Part shown: one piece after another, positions 49,947-62,475 of the stretch
How positions within the stretch are numbered: position 1 is the first letter of the stretch
Layout: each line of letters starts with the position of its first letter
DNA from: Yuukianura sp. NJ FZ-2021
Taxonomy: Eukaryota
Direction of reading: 5' to 3'
Length of the DNA stretch: 64,000 bases
Assembly: GCA_046563655.1 (NCBI GenBank)
Contig: CM102289.1
Location: 4,278,001 to 4,342,000 of the forward strand
Position numbers and translations under genes: made by a program
The notes under the pieces: model-generated
What the model was told of the DNA's origin: nothing
The model's input: only the letters and a program-made list of their open reading frames with translations
Databases searched by the model: none

Positions 49947-52900
49947 ATGTTATCAAATGGGGATGGATCCGTTGTACACGAAGCTGGATACCGTCATGTT
50001 GTTGAATTTCCAATTTCACACAAAGAATCACATGCTAACAACGTCGGAGTCGGAGAAATTTCGAAATGGGCAAGAGAGGCCGTGGAGCTTATGGGATCTG
50101 GAGAGTTCGATAGGGCGCTCTACTATATGAATCTATGCTTAGACGATCGAGACAAAATGTTTCCCGAGAGAATTCTCCGCGACAGGCCATTGGATTCCGC
50201 TGGCGAGAAATACAAATTGTCAGAAAGTGATGAGCTGATTCTCTTGGAGAAGCGCTGCTTAGTCCATATGCGGCTGAAGATGTACGAGAACGTATTGCAA
50301 GGAGCGGCACTTATCATCTCCAAACGACCGAACCATGGTAGAGCGTTCAAGTATATCTTGACGGCTTTATGCAAAACTAATAAGGTAAGGAGCTTTAATT
50401 TAAGTACCTTATCGATCGCAGTTTTAATAATAGTCGAACTCGGTTTATGTGTATATCGAAAAGAGAAACTGTTATCCTTCGGGATTTTGATGTTGGAATT
50501 GTAGAAATTATAGAATGTCATGAACGATTGTAAAAGCCGCCTTAGTCGCGGTCGCGGTTTAATTTTAGCGTAAGAACTATTCCAGAACATAAGGATCATG
50601 TGGCAGGAGACGGCGAATGATATGATCCGTTCGTGCTAGAGCCAAGTTAGAGCTAAATTGAGTAATTTTTATATAATCCCATTTGAGTCACTACCTATTT
50701 TATTTTAGTTTGGGAATGTCGCGGATGCTTTGAGTTTATGGAAGAAATGTGCTCCAAATGACATAGAAATGATTGAAGCCAGAACAACTATGGAAAGCTG
50801 CAGCGACGCCGTCAAGAATGGCGTTGAGCCTTCCGATGTTTACTCAAACATTGAGGAAACTTTGGGCCTTGGGGTGGACAGGAAGACTGAGCCAAAAATA
50901 TACGAGCCTCAGTGGAAATATCGCCCTGTACCGTCTGGCAATACGGCATTCGTGCTTTGTCTGCAATACCGCTTTGGTCACTGCTCACTGGGCGAGAAAT
51001 GTCCAGATGCCCACGGCGGAGAAGAACTCGAAGAATGGAAAGTTCGGTATTCCATATTGTGCGTATAAGCAACCACTTATAGCTAGGAATGTAAATTAAC
51101 CTTATTTTCAGAAATTAATCAGTAATTACTATTCTCCAAGGAATCTTACCACAATGCTTGGTAGTCAACTGGACCGGGAGGCGGCTTATGTAAAAAGCAT
51201 TCTGGATAAGCTTGACAGTGTGCACGATCAAAGGGAGGTCATTGCGGATGAAATTCCGGGAGTGATTTTAAGGTCAGTTCGGTGTCTGAGTTTTAATTAC
51301 TCTGTCGTAAAAATTAGTAAGGCTAGCACTCAAAATTAGCATAATTAAACTAAGATAATGAATGATCAACCATTTTGAATAGTTGCTCCGAACCTTCACG
51401 GAAACAATTTCATTCGACTACAGTGAGATGCCACACTTGGAATTTTGCAATTCGTTCAACTCGGCTTTTGAAAAGCGTTTGCCTTCTATTCGACCATCAT
51501 AGACCTTACTTCAAAATACACTCCGCCGTGTGTTTAGGGAATTCAAGTTCGTTGAATTTAATAACTGGAGAAGCGGCTTCAAACTCTTCGGTGAGATTTG
51601 ATCATATTTGATTTTATGTATTATAGTTGTAATTGTGTTTTTTTTCCAGTTGCAACTGCTTGAAATTTCTCTGTCTCCGGCCGCTCCACATGCCACAAGT
51701 TCCAGCTCAGGTGTACATAGTTATGCCATTGAAGTCGCTTGCACCCCAGACGTGTTCGGGACATTTAGGCAAACCGTAGTATTTGACTTCGAACTCGACG
51801 GAGTTCCTAAGCTAAAGAAGGATATATCGATAGAAGTAGTACCTCCAACGGAAGAGGTTTGTAGAGATGAACCTCCCGCTCCGCCAATCCAAGCGTCAAT
51901 CGTCCCTGGGAAAAAGGATTCTCCGTTCGCCAGTAATTTACAGACCAAAGGAACCTGGAACTTTGGCAACGCCGATATCGTTGATTCCGTTACCGGAAAG
52001 AGAGTGGACTCGGCAAAGATCGGCTTTGCCCTCATGTCTTCCGCGGGTGTGAGGAATCCTTGTGTGGCAGGAAATGACAAGCAGTCTCCCTATTTACTGA
52101 CTAAGGAAACATACAGAGACCAAATGCGTATGAAAAACGAAGTGTTTAATTTAATCAAGCTAACAAACAAGGTTTATGAAGAAAATATTTGTTTTCTCAG
52201 GTTCGTTCTTGACGGAGGAAGAGAGATGCCGACAGGTCATCCTGTCAAAATACAATATATCCGCCCATCTTGCAATTTCTGATAACATCGTCGTGACTGC
52301 AGGGGCAAGTGAAGGAACGCGTTACAGCATTGACGGTAACCTTTTCGCCCGCATGACTCTTTTTCGGTAATTTTGATTCGGTATTATAGTATTTCTTTAC
52401 AATATGTTATCTGTGCGCTCGCAACTCACCCAAGCACGAAGCGCAACTATTGTAGAATCGGTATTCCAAACTCAAGTCCTCACACCATTTCAGTTTTCAC
52501 GTTATTCGATTCTGTATTTTTATAAATATTTTCAGTGACATTTGTGAAGACACTCCCGTCGGTCGGCTTATTCTCCGCAACTGTAACTCGGTTCTGCTAG
52601 CTAAAACTCTAAATCTCTGCCAGACTGATGTTCCCGACCCCAAACCCAGGGTGTACTTGTGTCCAATCGTTGAGAAGACGAAGAATTCCATGTTCTTTGA
52701 AATTGGGAATGCCTGCGTCAAGGAGCTAAACCTTTCAGTTTCAGAAGTGTCTTCATTTGACATTCAGTTTCAACTTGATCGAACAACGTTTCTGGAGCAG
52801 AAAAAAGTCATAGATCAGCTTACAGATTTGCACCTCGACATGCTTTTTCCAGATTTCGTCAAAGATTTCCAGATACCGTGGAATCCATTTCTGTGAGTGT

Positions 52901-55900
52901 AAACAACGCTTTGAATTGTTTCCGGTTAACCACTTACTTAGGTTAGTTCTGGACGAAAGAACAATTTATATAATGAAACTTATCTATTTAAGGCAATGGA
53001 ACTCATCAGTTGAATCAAAATTTGTCCGCCTAAATCCAAAGCAAAAAGAAGCCTTCAACGCTGTCACAGTTAAAACAACTCGAACACCGCCCATCTTGAT
53101 AATTGGTAAGGAAAGGCTTATGATTGGGGGCATGATTTGATTATTGTTGGGAAGCAGTCGTTACGTTGACATTGCAGTTACACAATTGTAGCCAGTGATT
53201 TTATTTGTGCAGGACCTTTTGGAACTGGGAAAACCTTCACTTTGTTTCAGTGCATCAAGAAGTTACTTCTTAGCGACGATGACTGCAGAATCATGATATG
53301 TACGCACTCAAACAGCGCAGCAGATTTGTAAGCAACCAATAAATAACTTATATCATTAGAATTATAACTTTGTAATCGTATCAACATTTTTAGATACATC
53401 AAGGAGTACCTTCATCCCATGGTCAAAGAGGGATGCGAAAAAGCTAGACCGCTGCGTATTTACTATTCCCTCAGAAGCAAGCTTACCGTGCAGAACGAAA
53501 TTCGCCCGTATTGTTTATACGACGATATGGACCGCTTTAGATGTCCCACGAAAGAAGAAGTTTTGAAGCATCGTGTAATCGTTGTCACCCTCAGTACCTC
53601 GTTTATGCTAATCGACTTGCAACTACCTTCAGGTTTGTTAAAAATAAAATTCTATTGCAGTGTGAGCATGGTCACACATGATGGTAAGAGTATCTGGATA
53701 GTTACCCTGTTATAGCTGAAGTAACGTATATGTGATCATGTTTTTTTTAGATACATTCACCCACATCCTGCTGGATGAAGCAGCACAAGCAATGGAAAGT
53801 GAGGCTATAACACCACTTCTGGCTGCTGGTGAAAATACCAAAATAGTTCTGGCGGGCGATCACATGCAGGTTAGCCTTTCAATATCAATATCAATATCAG
53901 TATAACAGTTCTCTTTTCGATAAGTTGAGGTAATTTTAATGATTGAAAACTGATTTTCTCATTTTGAATTTAGCTCAGCCCCGAATTATTTTCTGGAGAT
54001 GGGAATCATTTTCATTTGTCGCTTTTGGAACGCCTGCATTGCCTTTATCCCGATAGTCACCCATGCAAACTAATGCTGTGCGAAAACTACAGGTCACACT
54101 CCAGCATTATAAAGGTTACAACTTATATACTTATTGTAAACTTTTCTATGAAGAAATATGAAAGGATGAAAACCCATTGATTACGTTTGATAAAACTTTC
54201 CTTCTAGTTTGCCTCAGATTCATTCTACCAAAGGAAGTTGGAATGCGGAATGAATCAACCTGTTCATGAGAAGTATTACCCACTAACATTTTTTGCCGCC
54301 AGAGGTGAAGACGTGCAAGATCCAGACAGCACATCTTATTACAACATGGCAGAGGTACATATAAGTGACAGTACACGTATTTTGAATCCAAGCGTCACCC
54401 GGAAGGATTTGAATGCCCATCAAATATGGAACATCTATAAATGATAGCAAAGAAAACAGTTTATAAAGTAGTCATTACACAAATTAAGACTAAAAACTGT
54501 CCTCATTTTAGGTATTCGAAGTAACTGAGCGTGTCAGCGACCTAATTGACACTTGGCCTGAAAAATGGGGAAATTGGAAGAAAGATAATCAAATTGGGGT
54601 TCTTACGCCATATCCGGATCAGGTTAATCGTATCCGACAGCGATTACGAACGAAGGGCCTGTATTCTGTATCTGTGGAACGAGTCTTGAATGTTCAAGGT
54701 GAGTGCAACCCGCCCGCGAAGCTATACTGGCTTTTTTAAATACATCTTTAACGAAAATCATGTTTTTAGGAAAGCAATTCCGAGCGGTATTTCTTAGTAC
54801 CGTGAGGACACACAAACCCTGGCTCCGAGTCTTGCCGGAAACTGTCTCCGGGGAAGTTGATTTGGGATTCTTCTCGAATCCAAAATTACTCAATACGGCA
54901 TTGACACGAGCCCAGAGCTTGGTAGCAGTTGTGGGAGATCCAGTTTCTTTGTGTGCCCTGGGAAAATGCAGGTAGCATAGTTGTCGCATTTGCAGAATGT
55001 TTACAAAGATATACGCTTACTACTAGCTTTTTACGTCGTGGGAAAGGTTTGTCATTTTTCACTGTTTTATTAGGCGACTCTGGGAGGATTTTATAGGCAT
55101 TTGTGAAGAAAATGGATCACTGCATGGGATGACATTGAGTCAAATCAAGCTGAATATCCGCGGTGTTGAAATGAGACTTAAGTGGGGACTAAATCCAATG
55201 GTATGCTTTTGCAAAGTTTAAAATATTTGACAAATTAATAAGTTGCTTAGTGATTTGTGTGTGTTTTGTGTTCAAGGCAAAAGAATTTGAAGTGAATGAT
55301 TCTCAACCAGTAACAATGGAACCCCTTACATTATCAACCACTTCGATTTCGAATACGACAATGAAACCTGTACCGCCTGAATCGCCCAGCATCCATTTAG
55401 GTTCAAGGTCTGATAAAAATGAAGTCTCGCAAACATCCGAATCCGCTGTCACAGCGTTTAGCAGCGTACCAAATCCTTGGCAGAATATCAAAACGTCACA
55501 AAATTTCTCCGCAAACATTGCGCAATGCCCCGTTTCGAGTGAAATGACGGGAACAGGGCCAATGGTAATTTCTATATTTCTTCAAACAGTTAAAAATTTT
55601 GTTGGAGATTCTGAATTCGGGAATGAAACTATTTTTGCTACCGTTTGGTTTAAAATTGGGTCTAAACTTCAAATGTTGCCTAAATTAAATTGCTTTGTAT
55701 TTTTCAGATGCCAATGGCAGGGAATCAAGGACCGGTACCCACGTTCATGTCTGGACCACGTCCATTTCCCTCGCCGTCCTCCCAGGCATACCCGATTCAA
55801 GTTATGCCACGAGCATCTATTGGATATCCACCAATGGGGCAAGGGTATATTGCAGTTCCGATTCATTCTCGGCCACCTTCGGCGTTCGCTCAATATCGAG

Positions 55901-57285
55901 CGCCACATCAGCCTCCACGACTTGCGGTGGCTGTTCCAAATTTTCCAATAGCTCCCACACGCTTGGGCTATCCCACAATGCTGCCGCGTCATACTATTAT
56001 GCCTCTTCCGATGGCACCCATTACCGATGGAAACCTCCAGCCTCATATGATTCGCCACTTCGACAATAATCCTTGGGGACAACAATATGCACACGGATAT
56101 AACTTCCCTGGACCGTCACAACAGTATATGCCAATGGCAATGTCATCTGATCAAAGACAAGGCAATTTCGTTCCTTTGTCACACCCGTCGAAATTTTACG
56201 TGCCCCAGCCACCAATGCAGCAAAGCAGCTTCACGCAAGACCCCAGATTCGCTACTTGGATGCCTAATCCACGCCCAATGACGCACATAACAGGAAGTAG
56301 TGGTCCTGCTCAAAATGAAAAGTTGTTACCGGAAGAAATACTCCTTTTGCAACGACTTCTGGATGAGCAAAAGAAATCCTCTACAGCACCCGATGCAGCA
56401 ATTGAGTCCATCAAGGGGAAGTTAGCCCATGCGGTAAGTGGTGGAAATGGGGAGTATCCTTTCGGTCATTCCGTTGTAAACCATCATTCGGCTAACTTAA
56501 ATAAGGATCAGCCCTCCGGTTTGAATTTAAATAACCAAATTGCTGCTGTTGCTCTGAATACCTTGGGTGGATCTTCTTTGTCCCGTCCAAATAATAGCGT
56601 GGGAGCTTCTCTTAACACGGCATTTAACCCGCATGGTGGTGATGGATTAGCGCAAGCTCAAATACCTAATGGGCTCAGCTACAACACCATGGCAACCAAT
56701 AAGTATACATCGTTTCCTCTTCCCTACCCCCCTGGATACAATTACGGGGCAATGGAAGCTTCAGACCTTGGAATGAATGCGGCAAATGGACATGGTTATA
56801 AGAGTCTTGTCCGACCAGTCTCCACTGTTAATGCCAATGGTGACCAGGCCCAGCGAAATAACCCACTATTTTTCAAAATTGAGGGGCCAACTAATGCAGA
56901 ATTATCGATGGAATGGTTGAAAACAAACAGTGATTCAGTTCCTACTAACAATCATAACTATACCAATGCAAATACTGGTTCTACCGGAAATTATAGCTCA
57001 ACCTCTGCTACGGGTCGTAGTTATGCCAATGCAGTTAAACAACCTCTAACGCAGACAAATTCTTGCTCGCCACTACTTACAACGGAAGGTGCTGAACCAG
57101 ATCCCCAACAGTTAAAACAGTTGAAAACTACTTCATCAGTTCAACCCAAGCCACTTATGGAAATGAACGTAGACTTCTTCCCACCAATTCACTCATCATC
57201 ACCGCAACGCACTCGTGGAAGTAGTACTCCGCCACCCAGATTCCGTACGGCCAATACAGCGAAGAAAAGCAAAAAGAAAAAGTAA
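49947..57285 (+). CDS. HELZ: Helicase with zinc finger (SF1/UPF1-like), multi-exon
   Basis: TPR-like N-terminus; CCCH finger [27 protein letters not shown]; Walker [51 protein letters not shown]2-like LNPM/AKEF spans an intron. Long P/Q/N-rich tail. Confidence 0.93.
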
Positions 57286-58024
57286 AAAAAAAAAAGGAGA
57301 AGACTGAACAACATTTGTTCTGTTATTAATTAATTTTCTGTTATATGTGTCTAATTTGGCAAAGTCTTCATATTTTTCACCCGTAAGTGTGTAAATGTTT
57401 CACTTTTCAGTACACTACATGCACCCAACTTTAATGTATTGGACTTTTTACTATATTTGGAGCCTTTCACATTATAATCGTTACAGTAATTTGACGCTAA
57501 TTGGAATTTGTTTCTGAACTGACTTTAATTTGCAATCGTCATGTTTAGGCTACTGTAGTATTTGGTTAATTTAAAGTCTAAAGTGTTAACGTGCTTATCG
57601 ATTAGGTAGCTTTTAAATATTTTTCTAAACTCGGCAACGACAGCCATTCTTTAAAATTTATCTCTCGTAAAGTAAATTTAAGCAAAAGTTATATGTCACA
57701 TTGGCCTCATTTATACGAGTTTATCGACCAAATTCGGAAAACTAAGTAATTCCTTAGCTTATCTATTTTATAATGTACGATTTAAATGTTATATTTTACA
57801 ATGTCTTATTTTATTGTTTTATTTTTACGATCCATATTGTCGTTGTTGTGACTTATGAGTATAAACCTAGCTATTTACTTTCCATGGGGAAAATTTAGCT
57901 TGTGTATTTGCAGTAATATTTACAGTAGATTGCACGTTACTGCGCATCGACGCTCTAAATATTTAAAGTTAGTAATACTCCGTACGGCTCATACTGGAAC
58001 AAGATCATGTTATTGAACAAAGGC

Positions 58025-58270
58025 GTTTAGGTTAATGTTAGGTGTGTATGAGACGTCTGTCTAGCTTACATAACATAAAGTGTAGTTCATGTAAAATGAA
58101 TTTTGAGGATGATTGTTTAAGTCAATGAATAATCAATCCCTTGTGTAAGGTTTTTTCTGCCTTTTGAAAATGGGTTTTTTCCTTACACTTTAACATGTCA
58201 TCGTTAAAGGCGAATGCTGAGGGACATAGAGATACAATTATGATGTTATCGGTTAAGTCAATATTGCTAA
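58025..58270 (+). repeat. Copy 1 of ~245-bp direct duplication containing an ENE-like U-rich internal-loop hairpin (58143-58188)
   Basis: Near-identical to 58508-58750. Contains GTGTAAGG-TTTTTT-CTG-CC...GGG-TTTTTT-CCTTACAC. Confidence 0.9.
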
Positions 58271-58304
58271 CTAGGCCATCCTTGGCGCCGCCTATCGGCG
58301 GCGC
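58271..58304 (-). mobile_element. Helitron-type 3' terminus between the duplicated units
   Basis: On the minus strand GCGCCGCC-GATA-GGCGGCGC, a 10-nt spacer, then CTAG ending at 58271, followed by T. The equivalent position in copy 2 is an empty A|T site. 5' end not resolved. Confidence 0.6.
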
Positions 58305-58507
58305 TCGAACTAATAGGATAACAATTGCAGCTAATCTTATGGTGGCCCCAGAGTTCCAAAGGTTTAAAATGGTTCGTCATTTTGTTATTCAAATACCATT
58401 TTAATTGCGTTTCTACGTTAATTTCAATTGCATTGGTATTTTTATTCTCGTTTCACATGCAATTGTATTTTGAATACAATTAAATCATGTTTTCATTTAA
58501 CTGTTAA

Positions 58508-58750
58508 GTTTAGGTTAATGTTGGGTGTGTATGAGACGTCTGTCTAGCTTACGATACATAAGTGTAGTTCATGTAAAATGCATTTTAAGGATGATCAAGG
58601 TCAAGAAATAATCAATCCCTTGTGTAAGGTTTTTTCAGCCTTTTGGAAAATAGGTTTTTTCCTTACACTTTAACATGTCATCGTTAAAAGCGAATGCTGA
58701 GGGACATAGAGATACAATTATGATGTTATCGGTTAAGTCAGTATTGCTAA
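58508..58750 (+). repeat. Copy 2 of ~245-bp direct duplication containing an ENE-like hairpin (58622-58668)
   Basis: GTGTAAGG-TTTTTT-CAG-CC...AGG-TTTTTT-CCTTACAC. AATAAA follows at 58807-58812. Confidence 0.9.
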
Positions 58751-59049
58751 TATTAACTTTGCACTCATTGGTATTCCTGTTCAACATATTCTCATAACAG
58801 CAGCCTAATAAAGAAACTAGACTGAAACAAGCCATTTGAAACTTCAGTGTAACCTGGTGCAGTATTTTTTCGCAACAGTTTAAGCATTATATTTTTGTCT
58901 GCAGTCAGCAGTCATCAGTAACACGAGGTTTAAACATTAGAGTCGGATTTCAAATATGGTTGATTGTGAATTGTGATTAACATTATTGGTGATTTGTGAT
59001 TTTATGCCGTGAAAATCTCCCTGATAACAGCATGCTTAAGGTGATTTAA

Positions 59050-59748
59050 TTAGGATTGAATATCTTTTTGGAGCACATTTTGAATCACCAGAATTATACA
59101 TCCAGGGGCCGCTAAAATTGTTTAAAAATGCAACAATTTTCTTAAAACGTTGGTCCTTTTAGTTAATATGGTTTTAGCTACTCTCTTACCCAATGTTGCG
59201 AAAATTTCATATCGTTTTGAGGATATTCGAATCATTTCAAGGTGATTCGTAGGATCAACTTCCCGTATGGCGAGCAAACACTTTTTGTAAATTGAGCTCA
59301 TACGACTAACGTAGTATACGGTAGACGTTTGGTCAATTGTAGTTCGCAGGGGTATTCCTAAAAAGAGACAAGCTGAATTAAAATGTTGCAAGAACTTAAG
59401 CGTATAGAAGGAATATCCATCATGCTTTGCCACTCATCTACGTCGCATCAACTCAACCAGTATATAACTCAACCTAACCAACCTTCGTAGTTTTAAACCA
59501 ATTCATTGTAATTGTCGAACGTAATGTAAGCTTACAAATGCATTTACAAATTTGATTTATTAGATTTACTCACCATCTTCATCTGTTACAATCACCGCAA
59601 ACACTCCTGGGGAACAACTAATTCGACGAATTGCCTTGTCCAACGTTTCGAGCTGCTGCAAATAAAATAAAAATCGCGAAAAATTTCTGTGAACTTCTTG
59701 CATTTTGCTGATCATTGGTTATGCACCTTTGTAACAGTTCCTTACCAT
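59050..59748 (-). CDS. Divergent dynein light chain Roadblock/LC7 family protein, 104 aa (coding exons 59748-59746, 59655-59574, 59357-59190, 59111-59050)
   Basis: Spliced product MQLETLDKAIRRISCSPGVFAVIVTDEDGIPLRTTIDQTSTVYYVSRMSSIYKKCLLAIREVDPTNHLEMIRISSKRYEIFATLAAPGCIILVIQNVLQKDIQS follows the roadblock pattern (GV..IV...GIP..T, R..DP.N.L..IRI.SK..EI, LVIQN). Confidence 0.85.
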
Positions 59749-60346
59749 TGATTTGCAGTCCTTCAACGTTAACAATTTCTGGGTCTAAATGATATAGCAC
59801 TATCCGGTTACCTAATGTCGGTCACAAGCGTCTCGAAAATGCCCCTCCTCGTCCCCAACCTATTGCTCAAAAAGCTAAAGCGTCATCCTCTTTTTTGTGA
59901 ACCCACATACAGTACAACTGGTAATAAAATGAACGGAAACGGATGACTTCAGAAACTTTCACATGGTACGAGACGTAACCGCTTGAATACATGTCCTGAA
60001 AACCGAGGATTCTAATCTACTATATAGACTTCAAAAAACTTTTTAAACCATTGGACTTTACATAAGAGCCTCCAAGTGGAACGTTCCGTTCGTATTGATC
60101 GCTACAGAACAGACACCGCTTGGGTCAGACGAAATTATCGGAAGAAAGAAAGAATCGAAGCGTGTTCGAATCTTGGTATGATGATATGAAAGCAAAATGA
60201 AAATGGACTTAGCTCATTCTAAGTGCGACACTTCCTAATCGCCTTTGTAAAAGGTAAAAAAACGCTCATTCCAAATAGAACTATAATCAACCATTCATTT
60301 CAATTGTCCGGTGTTTGCTACGTCAAACACAGGCTCTTTAAGATAT

Positions 60347-62475
60347 TTAATTGGGTTTCTTTTGCTGTTTGCTGTAAATATCTGGGTCACTGAAGTATTC
60401 TTCTACATCGTCAGAAATTCCTTCGTTCGGTTTTGATGATGATAACTTTCTGTAAATTGTCATTGCCTGTAAAAGAATGCATATATTTTAATAGGACTGA
60501 CTTTCATTCTGTTGAAATGTTTTTTTTATAGCACTACCGTCAACGAAACGCTGGAACTGCTACCTAAGCGATCTTCAAATCGTGAATGATTTAATATTTA
60601 TTTACCTGTGCAACCATCCCAGGAACATTTGAGGCATCTGACGGTAGCATAATGGTATTCGACTGTTTAGCAAGCCCAGCGAAAGCCTTCACGTATTGCT
60701 CAGCAACTATAAAACTTGAGGCGTTCTTCCCGTCGTCCTTTCCTATGGAGTTCCCAATCATTTCAATTGATTTTGCTCGGGCCTCTGCTTTAGTCAGCAA
60801 AGCCTGTGCCTCTCCCAGTGCGAAGTTGATTTTCTCCTGTTTCTCAGCCTCTATTAAAATATAATGTCACAAACAGTTAAAAATTTTACAAACAGAAGCA
60901 CCTCATAATGAAGGTTCCTAGTCCCGGCAGAAAAAAAAATAATAAAACGCTTGATTTTACCAGAAGCGAGAATTCGGGATTTTTTCTGCCCTTCTGCAAC
61001 GTTGATGGCGGCCTCACGAATTCCTTCAGATTCTAAAATCTGCGCCCGCTTTTTCCGTTCAGCTTCAACTTGCATTTGCATAGCATCTTGAATACGACTG
61101 GGTAGCTTGATGTCACCTTAACGAGAAGAAATAAGACTGTTTAGTAATCAAACCATACTACAATCTACAATTGTTCCCTCTAGGGGTGACAAAGTTCCGC
61201 TTCGTTTCTCAATACAAACAGAAGAACTTTCTCACCCCTAGCTCCCACCACTAACTGTCGGAAACTTACGAATCTCGTAACGCATTGCCAGTAGTCCCCA
61301 TGCCTCACTAGCTTTATTGATGGATTCGACGATGCAAATGTTCAGATTCTCCCTTTCTCTAAATATTGTGTCCAGTGAAATTTTTCCAAGCTCGGATCTC
61401 ATTGTTGTTTGTGCCAACTGGGTAACCGCAAATTCTGGATCCTCAACGCCATAGCTTGCGTTATAGGGGTCAGTAATTCTTAGGTACAAAACACCGTCCA
61501 GGGCTAAGGCCACGTTATCTGAAACGACAAACACAATGTATCGTAAATATATTTCTTCATTTCATTTCATAGCACATTCTTTAAGCTTTCAAGTCGACAT
61601 GCTTTGGAACTTAAGAAGTGCATGCGTGCAAACCAAATCCGCATGGGTTTGGAACGAAGAAGATAGTTAGGGAAACCAGCATGACCGACAGTGAAACAAA
61701 GTTTCCATTACATTTACCCGGAATGTGTATTAGTTTCATGCATAGCCATATACACACAAACGTTGTTTCAGTCAATTAAATGAACAATGTTTGTACTCTA
61801 TCTACTTTCATTCTCCATTGGAATAATTAGATGCCTTCCCGTTATACTCACAGGATTATGGTAAGTCGATTGAATTAAACTATAAATGTATAACCTTTTG
61901 TAATAGCAGTCTGTTGAGGGATGTCGATAGCAATTTCTTTGAGACTATTCACATACTTTACTTTATCAATAAATGGAACGAGGAAGTTGAGGCCTGGAGC
62001 CAAAATTCTGTGGAACTTCCCCATCCGTTCGATTGTCCATGCCTATTATAATCAACAATAGAACAAACTGTGTCATTAAACAAAATTGAAGGTATAGATC
62101 AGATTCAGATTGAGTAACAAATCATCTGATGAAGTAGAAGCTTATGTTTAGTACTAATTGATTGAGTAAATACCTCCTGTTGTGGAACAAATAACATTAC
62201 TGTGTTCAATGGCGTTGATGTGGACTTGGTCCGCAATGGAACAGCAAAAGACAGTCCAGACTTAAGGAATAACTACAACAGCAAAATAGTAACGATTTAA
62301 GTTGGGTAATTTTTGCCAATAGCGAATGAAACTAACAACCTTATAATTAATTCTTTTCTTATTTTCTTCAATTTTGAAAGCAACGCATACATCCTAAAAG
62401 TACGTACTATTAAAGTTTATGTTTCACCTCATTTGTAGCAAAACCAGTGATTGACCTCAAAATCGGCATCGGCAT
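60347..62475 (-). CDS. STOML2: Stomatin-like protein 2, mitochondrial (SPFH/band 7), multi-exon
   Basis: NTVMLFVPQQEAWTIERMGKFHRIL, DGVLYLRITDPYNASYGVEDPEFAVTQLAQTTMRSELGK, MQMQVEAERKKRA, and VAEQYVKAF. Proposed first exon MPMPILRSITGFATNE resembles a transit peptide; the start is less certain than the rest. Confidence 0.93.

Noticed and set aside
58025..58045. TTAGG-like sequence as a telomerase RNA template or telomeric repeat
   Set aside because: Only 1-2 scattered units at the edge of the duplicated block, with no supporting template context or array.
58107..58221. C/D snoRNA (ATGAT...CTGA) in the duplicated unit
   Set aside because: Box C is imperfect and differs between copies, there is no terminal stem, and no rRNA antisense element was recognised.
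58189..58225. GGCGAATG...GGGAC resembling the 3' end of an HDV-like ribozyme
   Set aside because: No P1/P3/L3 nested pseudoknot can be built upstream; only the short J4/2-like string matches.
62340..62393. Alternative STOML2 first exon starting at ATG 62392
   Set aside because: It splices out of frame with the conserved exon at 62272. The ATG at 62475 with donor at 62427 gives the correct phase.
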